NCBI GenBank assembly: GCA_013360445.1
Contig: JABWBP010000001.1
Location: 1 to 64,000 of the forward strand
DNA length: 64,000 bases
Direction: 5' to 3'
Origin: Calditrichaceae bacterium
GTDB lineage: Bacteria; Calditrichota; Calditrichia; RBG-13-44-9; J075
Below, piece by piece: positions 58,241 to 64,000 of this stretch. The position numbers and the translations under genes are program-made. Position 1 is the first letter of the stretch. Every line of letters begins with the position of its first letter. Below the pieces are notes generated by a model. It was given only the letters and a program-made list of their open reading frames with translations, was not told the DNA's origin and did no database searches.

Positions 58241-59077
58241 TTACTCTACTTGCAACGCGATCTTCCGAGTTTCCTCTACCCCGGCAAAAAGCGCCAGAGT
58301 GTAAACCCGGAAAAGATACTTACCGGGCTTTAACCCGTTCAACCGCAGTTCGTTTTCATATTCCGCAACTCCGGGCGAGAGCCTTTTTGCGACCCCGGTT
58401 CTGAAAAGCACCTCTCGTTCCTGCTCGTCCGTGGCAATAATCCCCACGTCGTACCCGGAAGTATCCACGTTCATGTTTTTGGCAGAGGGGATTACCGGAA
58501 ACTGCAGCCGGGCGATCACCGAAAACGGCTGATTGGCTTTTAAAGGGCTGCCGGGCTCTAATAAACGCTGAACTTGGCGAAAGTTGATTTCCCGGAAGGC
58601 GCTTCTCTGCGAAGTTTTTGCAGGGATTTTTTGCAACTCTGCATCCGGCCGGGACAGTTCCTGCCGTTTTCCCTCCGGCTGGCGCGATTTTTTCTCAAGC
58701 GCCTCGGCCTCCGAAACCTGGTCATCCTTTTTCACCGCCGCTTCCAGTTTCCCGAACAATTCTGCTTTTTCCGCTTCCAGGTTTCGGTTTAACCGTCTAA
58801 TTTCCTCCAATTCTGCTTCCAGGCGCTCCGACCGCAGTTTTTCCGCTTGCAGCTGCTGCCGTGCTTCCGATAGCTCCTTCTCCAACGTTTCCGTTTTCCC
58901 CGGCAGGCTCTCTTGCCCCGCCAGGCGGGCCTTTGTTTCCGCCAACTGCTTTTGGCATTTGGTTAATTTCTTTTCCTCTTCCTTCAACAACTCACAGGTT
59001 TCATCCAGGGCTTTTTGCAACCGGGCGCTGGATTTTTCCCCGGCATTTCCAGGGCTTGACGTTTTAGATTTGCTCAT
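58241..59077 (-). CDS. Coiled-coil protein with a C-terminal beta-rich domain
   Basis: A Lys/Glu/Leu heptad-rich segment is followed by a ~110-aa C-domain. Start placed at MSKSKTSS (ATG 59075-59077, ggagg RBS). Confidence 0.5.
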   Translation of the reverse strand: MSKSKTSSPGNAGEKSSARLQKALDETCELLKEEEKKLTKCQKQLAETKARLAGQESLPGKTETLEKELSEARQQLQAEKLRSERLEAELEEIRRLNRNLEAEKAELFGKLEAAVKKDDQVSEAEALEKKSRQPEGKRQELSRPDAELQKIPAKTSQRSAFREINFRQVQRLLEPGSPLKANQPFSVIARLQFPVIPSAKNMNVDTSGYDVGIIATDEQEREVLFRTGVAKRLSPGVAEYENELRLNGLKPGKYLFRVYTLALFAGVEETRKIALQVE

Positions 59078-59244
59078 ATCACCCTCCCCTTCGGGCCGGA
59101 ATTCCGGCGTTTTGGATAGTGGAGAAATTATCCCGGGGCATTCCCGGGCCGGTTTCAAGAAAACACGGATAGACCGGTTGCCCGGCCTATCCGTGTAGTT
59201 AGCGATTCTTTCTGCTTCTACCTTGTTGGTGACGTGCGCACCCC

Positions 59245-59922
59245 TTACAGGGTCTGGGCCTCGCCAATCACTTCGAAGGTTACCGCTTCGTCGAACCCGG
59301 AAATGGGCATCCGCTCGCCGCGCTGCTCATCAATTTTCTCGTAGAATTCCCACTTGGTGATCAGCTTATAGACCTGCTCTTGATCCAACTTCTCCCGTGC
59401 GATGACTTCCGCATGGGCGGTGTAGAGCAATTCTTTGCGGGAGGTATCTTTCCAGAACCAGACATTGGGCCCGTTCGTCGCCGGTTCCAGCGATACCACC
59501 TTTTCATACAGCAGCACCGGGTTTCCTTCCGCCGGCGCCAGCGGATGGGCAAACATGCGCACCTTGGAATAGAACCGGTCGCAAGCCAGGTATCTGGCGA
59601 AGGAGCCGCTCAGGCGGGCGGTATGGTCGATCTTGATTCCGCGTTCGATGTCCACCACCTGGTCCTGGTACGGTTCAATACCGGGGTCTTCATCTTCTAT
59701 CCCGAGTTGCCCGGCCAGGCCAAATTCGCGAATACAGGGGTGGCCCTGTTCCTGTTTGGGATCGCCCAACTTACCGTAGAGCTTCTCCGTTACCGGCGCC
59801 CTGAGATTGATGTTCGCCAGGCAAGAAGCCGCGCGATATTCATTCTCCAGAACCGGAAAATCGAATGCCAGCATATGGCTGAGCGGCATATTGGGGCTGG
59901 GGTTTACAAATTGAGTAGGCAT
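59245..59922 (-). CDS. Hypothetical protein
   Basis: Long ORF with codon usage consistent with its neighbours. No motif recognised. Confidence 0.5.
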   Translation of the reverse strand: MPTQFVNPSPNMPLSHMLAFDFPVLENEYRAASCLANINLRAPVTEKLYGKLGDPKQEQGHPCIREFGLAGQLGIEDEDPGIEPYQDQVVDIERGIKIDHTARLSGSFARYLACDRFYSKVRMFAHPLAPAEGNPVLLYEKVVSLEPATNGPNVWFWKDTSRKELLYTAHAEVIAREKLDQEQVYKLITKWEFYEKIDEQRGERMPISGFDEAVTFEVIGEAQTL

Positions 59923-60340
59923 GATACTCTCCTTTGTGTGTTAGAGTGTTTAGTGAATTGATTTACCCTCGGGTTGGATCGGGTTCGCAGGAGAGCGCCT
60001 TTAAACGCTCCATCCAACTCCATTTTTTGTTTAGTTAATTTTCTCCGGAGAACGTTTGCGAACCTGCCGCAAAGATTGTTTGTTTTTTTTCTAATTTGGG
60101 GGATCGTTTCCGATCCCAACTCCTGATTCTCATCCTCACCTTAACTGAGCGGATGATATGCGCTTTTCTCTCAAAAATTTTAATTTTTTTTCTATAAAAT
60201 CAGGAAGGGCTGCATAAACTCACACTTGCGCAGGATCAAATAACTGGTAAGGATAAACGATGGCGTCGATGACGACTTCGCGACGGGTAATATGGAAAAT
60301 TTTGTAAGATACAAGTTCTATTTATTGCCTCCAGTATTTG

Positions 60341-62959
60341 CTAACGTGAACTCCGCCCCATCAGCAGCCGCGCCAGCTCCCGCAAACTCGCCGGTTTCAC
60401 CCCCCGCTCCCGGTTAGCCGCCCCGATTTCGTAGGCGATCTTCCACTGCTTCATCAAGGTGCGGTAGGCTTTGAAGAGACCGTTGCCGGGGTCGTAAATG
60501 TGGGTTGCTTCCGAAGTCACCCCGTTCAGCTCCACAATTTTGAAGTTCTTCCCCTGCTTGAAACCTTCCAGGTTGGGCGTGCGAATATCATAGCGCCCGA
60601 AATAAAATCCCGCGAATCCCCGGCTGATGCGATCAATCGCGGCTTCTAATTCCGGGGTGAGAACGCCGTTCCCGTCCAAAAAAAGCGCCCCGCGGCAGTG
60701 CGTGCCTACTTCCACTAATTGAATCTCCTCCCCCGCCGGGGGAATTTCGTACAGCCGCTGGCGGTGTTTCCGGAAGTGGAACGGCGCCATGCACATCGCC
60801 CGCTGGTCTTTCAGGATCAATTCCTCGAAGCTGCTCGCGCCGTCGCCGGTAAGCGTCAGCAAGCGCTTGTCGGTGATGGAAAAAATCCGCCCCCTCCCCT
60901 CTCCCGGGTAGCGATAGTAGAATACCCCGAACTCCCTTCCCGCAACGTACTCCTGCGCGATAGTATCCTGCCACGCCGCCGTTAAGTAACGCTGCGCTTC
61001 CGGTTCCGAGCGGATAATCGCCACTCCCTCGCCCCGCTCGCCGCTATCCGGCTTCAGCACCACGGGAAAAGAGAGGTTCTCCTCCGCCATGAATTGGCGA
61101 AGCTGCCGCAGCCGCTCCTCCCCGGGCAGGTTTCGGGAAATAACCCGCCAGCGGGCCACCCGGTCGCTGGCGGCGTGCAGCCCCTGCAAAATCTGCGACT
61201 TCGATTCCCCCACAAAACCGCCCGCGGGAATGGCCGGGTTAGCGGCGGTAAAAATCGTTAATCCGCGATAGCGAATTCCTAAGTACAACGCGTACAGCAC
61301 AACCGGGGGATAGAACGCCCAGCGCGGCCAGAACTCCCAGCGAACCCGGCGGCGCAGCGCCGCGAGCAGCAAACGCCGCCCCCGGAAGCTGAACAGCGGC
61401 AGCCCCAGTTTGATGACGCCCCAGATCAACAGCGCGGTAAAAAGAAGAACCGGGAGGGCGTAGGTTTTGAAAACATGGTAATATTTCAGGATTTCACCGC
61501 CTACCAGGGTTGCCAACCCCACCACCAGGGGCGTCCAGAGGGCGGCGGCCAGCAAAAAATAGAAGGAGAACTTCCCAAAGCCCATTCCCAACACCCCCGC
61601 CCCAAAATAGGTGGGCAACCGGCTGCCCGGCAAAAACCGGCTGACCAGCACGATTTTAGGGCCTCGCGCCGCAAACCAGTGTGCGGTGCGGGCAATATCT
61701 TCTTCCCCCAGCACCCATTTGAGAGGCGGGTAACGCAGGGCCGGGCGCCCCAGGAACTTTCCGGCCAGGTAGAGCAGCATATCGCCTCCCACGATTCCCG
61801 CGAGCGCCGCAACGGCCGCAGGCAGAAAGTCAATCGCCCCCCGCGCCGCCATCAACCCCGCGCCGATGCAGGCCAGGTCCTCGCTGGCCAGGGTGGCCAG
61901 GGCGATCAACAGCATGAACACAAACAGGGTAATTCCCTCCGCTTTGGGAATGTTTACTTGCACGAAGGGCGCTTCCGCTTCGGCGATTCGCCGGGGATCG
62001 GCCTCCGCCCGGGTTCGCGCCTCCCCGCGCTCCACCCGCGCGATGAAGCGGCCGATTTCCTCCGCCATTTCCCCGCTGCGGTTCATGATCAGCAGGTGGC
62101 CGTCAGGGTAGAGCAGCATTTCACTCTGCGGAGCGATGCGATAATGCTCCTTCGCCGCCGCCAGGGGCACCAGGCCGTCTGCTTCCCCGTGCAGAATCAG
62201 CATGGGCGCCTGGAACTGTTGCAGAATGCGGCGCAGGGGGCGCTGGTCGGAATCGAAAAAATTGCGCGCGTAGGGAAGGTTCAGGGGAAAATGGTCCAGC
62301 GCCCCAAAGTGCGGCGTCGCTTCTTGCAGCAGCCAGATGAGCGCTAATTGCATCCCGTGCAGGGCGTGGTTGAGGTGGTAATCGCCTAACAATTCCGCCT
62401 CCTGCACTCCCAGGCCGGAAAGCATCGCCAGGGAGGAAAACCGCTGCGGCTCCAGACCGGCCATTTCCAGGGCCACGGCGCCGCCCATGCTGTAGGCTGC
62501 AACGTGAACCTGTTGCAATTCCAACTCCCTCAGGAATTGCACCAGCCAGCGCGCCTGGGCGCGGAAAGAATAATCTCCCAAATCGCGGTTAGAAGCGCCG
62601 TAGCCGGGAATGTCCGGGGCGATCACCCGGGCGTGTTTGGCCAGCCCGGAGATGAACCCGTGCAGCATCTCGTTGCCCACCGGGCTGCCGTGCAGCAGCA
62701 GTACCACGGGGGGATTCCCCGCCTGCGGCTGCCCCGTTGCCGGCTTCCCGGTGTAAACGTCGTAGTAGGCGATGGCGAAGGGGTTTTTCGCAGCCGGATC
62801 GGGCAAATGAACCACTTTTTGCCCGGGAGCGGGCGGAAATTCCGGGGGATTAATGATTTGCCAGGCATGGGACAGCGCCAGCAACGCCAAATAGAGTGCG
62901 GCGAGCAGCTTCCAGCCGCGGAGTTTGAATTTTTTGTGAGCGGAACGTTTCATTTTCAT
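60341..62959 (-). CDS. Tri-domain fusion: alpha/beta-hydrolase + DedA/VTT (SNARE-associated) membrane domain + C-terminal ATP-grasp domain
   Basis: Residues 60-330 carry the alpha/beta-hydrolase motifs LLLHGSPVGNEM and the nucleophile elbow AAYSMGG. Residues 340-520 are DedA-like helices (ASEDLACIGAGLMAARG...LVSRFLPGSRLPTYFGAGVLG). Residues 560-872 are ATP-grasp (VVLKPDSGERGEGVAII...EYVAGREFGVFYY...FKIVELNGVTSE). Confidence 0.75.
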   Translation of the reverse strand: MKMKRSAHKKFKLRGWKLLAALYLALLALSHAWQIINPPEFPPAPGQKVVHLPDPAAKNPFAIAYYDVYTGKPATGQPQAGNPPVVLLLHGSPVGNEMLHGFISGLAKHARVIAPDIPGYGASNRDLGDYSFRAQARWLVQFLRELELQQVHVAAYSMGGAVALEMAGLEPQRFSSLAMLSGLGVQEAELLGDYHLNHALHGMQLALIWLLQEATPHFGALDHFPLNLPYARNFFDSDQRPLRRILQQFQAPMLILHGEADGLVPLAAAKEHYRIAPQSEMLLYPDGHLLIMNRSGEMAEEIGRFIARVERGEARTRAEADPRRIAEAEAPFVQVNIPKAEGITLFVFMLLIALATLASEDLACIGAGLMAARGAIDFLPAAVAALAGIVGGDMLLYLAGKFLGRPALRYPPLKWVLGEEDIARTAHWFAARGPKIVLVSRFLPGSRLPTYFGAGVLGMGFGKFSFYFLLAAALWTPLVVGLATLVGGEILKYYHVFKTYALPVLLFTALLIWGVIKLGLPLFSFRGRRLLLAALRRRVRWEFWPRWAFYPPVVLYALYLGIRYRGLTIFTAANPAIPAGGFVGESKSQILQGLHAASDRVARWRVISRNLPGEERLRQLRQFMAEENLSFPVVLKPDSGERGEGVAIIRSEPEAQRYLTAAWQDTIAQEYVAGREFGVFYYRYPGEGRGRIFSITDKRLLTLTGDGASSFEELILKDQRAMCMAPFHFRKHRQRLYEIPPAGEEIQLVEVGTHCRGALFLDGNGVLTPELEAAIDRISRGFAGFYFGRYDIRTPNLEGFKQGKNFKIVELNGVTSEATHIYDPGNGLFKAYRTLMKQWKIAYEIGAANRERGVKPASLRELARLLMGRSSR

Positions 62960-62992
62960 AGATTACGGCAGGAGCACTTGCCTAACGGTCGA

Positions 62993-63288
62993 TCCCGGCG
63001 TTGCGCGGAGGCGTAAACCTCAGGTATTTTTTTACCGCAAAGACGCTAAGACGCAAAGAACATCATGTTGATTTTGGTGAATATACTCGTTATGGGTTAG
63101 TTTGTAACACTCTGGCATTACAAAAATGCCTTAAAATAAGGGTTTTATCCAGAGTGAGGTGTTACAAAATTATCCTTTGCCGGTATATCAGCAGGATTTT
63201 CGGGCGAGAACTCTCTAAACCTCTGCGTCTTAGCGTCTTTGCGGTGATTTTTTGCTTAGGTTTACGCCTATGCCGCGTTGCGGGATGA
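62993..63288. mobile_element. ~295-bp MITE-like foldback element with ~60-bp terminal inverted repeats and an internal inverted repeat
   Basis: Left cgttgcgcggaggcgtaaacctcaggtatttttttaccgcaaagacgctaagacgcaaaga versus right ctctgcgtcttagcgtctttgcggtgattttttgcttaggtttacgcctatgccgcgttgcg. Internal gtaacactctgg / ccagagtgaggtgttac. It overlaps the 3' end of the NRDE ORF. Confidence 0.6.
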
Positions 63289-64000
63289 CACTCCACTTGC
63301 GCGGAAGAGTAATCGGGGCGAGGAACGAGTGGCTGCACGGCGAGCCGGGAACGTAGCGGAATTCGATAGTGTCCGTAGCGACGCCGATCTCGCTGTAACT
63401 GACCGTGTGGGCGTCCTGCCGGTGCATGCACACGGAGTAGGGGCCGGGCTCCGGCTCGTGGCTGCGATGGTAGGAGCGTAACATCCCCGCGGTGAGGGGC
63501 CGGGCGCCGGAGAAGCGTTCCCGGAACCGCTTGATGCGCCCTTCGATCACCTCCCGGGAATCGAACGAAGAGGAGGAGAGCGGGCACGCCGCCGCCCGCT
63601 CGATCTTCAGCCCCCCTTCGCCGGCATTCCAGGTGCAGGCCAGGGGAGGCGCGGCCGGCGCAAAGATCAGCAAAATGAAGGGGCGATAGTCTTCCAGGCG
63701 CTCCTGTTGCAGCCGCCGCAGGGCTTCCGCCGCTTCCCGGCAATCGAGGAGCGATTTCAGCAGCACTCCGCGGCTGATGTAGTCTTTCCCGGGAGCGGTT
63801 TTCGCACCCCCGGCGTGGTAATAATTCAAAATCGCCGGAGCGACGCCGAATTCGTTCACCCCGATCCAGCTTCCCCCGGCGTCGGCGTCCGCGGGGGCGA
63901 TGTATTTCACCCCGTTCAACTCCCCGGCGGCCGGGGGGCGGGCAATTCCCCGGGTTTTCAGCTCATCGCGATTGAAGAAAAGCCGGTATCCGGTTGATTG
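63230..64000 (-). CDS. NRDE-family (TANGO2-like) protein, N-terminus runs off the window
   Basis: Reading past the TTG at 63919 to the window edge gives ...RLFFNRDELKTRGIARPP.... This contains the NRDE motif, followed by GGSWIGVNEFGV. The 3' end and stop lie inside the MITE-like element. Confidence 0.7.
   Translation of the reverse strand, partial: QSTGYRLFFNRDELKTRGIARPPAAGELNGVKYIAPADADAGGSWIGVNEFGVAPAILNYYHAGGAKTAPGKDYISRGVLLKSLLDCREAAEALRRLQQERLEDYRPFILLIFAPAAPPLACTWNAGEGGLKIERAAACPLSSSSFDSREVIEGRIKRFRERFSGARPLTAGMLRSYHRSHEPEPGPYSVCMHRQDAHTVSYSEIGVATDTIEFRYVPGSPCSHSFLAPITLPRKWSVIPQRGIGVNLSKKSPQRR

Noticed and set aside
59245-59922. Tried to assign the 225-aa protein to encapsulin, Hcp or gas-vesicle families
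   Set aside because: No supporting motifs. Left as hypothetical.

Overview
The window is high-GC (about 60%) bacterial chromosomal DNA with canonical Shine-Dalgarno sites. Two proteins with type-IX-secretion C-terminal sorting domains point to an FCB-group-like (non-Bacteroidia) organism.

Readable content, in order:
- A PspF-like sigma-54 activator followed by PspA, an NfeD/YqiJ-like protein and a flotillin.
- A minus-strand cluster of five enzymes: ThrC-like PLP enzyme, DUF1611, PP-loop adenylating enzyme, creatininase-family hydrolase and dipeptide epimerase. It is bracketed by two copies of a ~180-bp MITE-like element and carries three copies of a 20-bp palindrome in its promoter regions.
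- A 1728-aa ORF (called start 13906) fusing an SLC12/cation-chloride-cotransporter-like permease, its C-terminal domain, about 900 aa of coiled-coil and a C-terminal P-loop NTPase, translationally coupled to a mini MscS-like channel.
- An OmpA-family protein.
- Three tandem ~800-aa FtsX/MacB-type permeases, two ABC ATPases and an HlyD-type adaptor, next to a sigma-54 NtrC-type two-component pair.
- secA, then a second sigma-54 response regulator.
- An N-terminally truncated cohesin/dockerin protein with a T9SS sorting domain.
- Adenosine deaminase and an MtaD-like amidohydrolase.
- An AT-rich patch encoding outer-membrane beta-barrel proteins and a possible NLP/NPP1-like secreted protein.
- gap, pgk and tpiA, with a minimal-nucleotidyltransferase/HEPN pair inserted between gap and pgk.
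- An 872-aa fusion of an alpha/beta-hydrolase, a DedA/VTT domain and an ATP-grasp domain.
- A partial NRDE-family gene at the window edge.

Intergenic space is unusually rich in foldback repeats whose arms are tandem arrays of short units. There are six GTCATT/AATGAC-type loci, two full CGTAA-type loci plus a fragment upstream of secA, and one-off elements built from other units, plus simple tandem repeats and MITE-like elements. I found no rRNA, tRNA, CRISPR array, transposase or integrase.

The best candidates for something undescribed are the giant transporter-NTPase fusion with its MscS partner, the MITE-bracketed enzyme cluster with its palindrome, the hydrolase-DedA-ATP-grasp fusion, and the architecture-conserved but sequence-variable foldback repeats.
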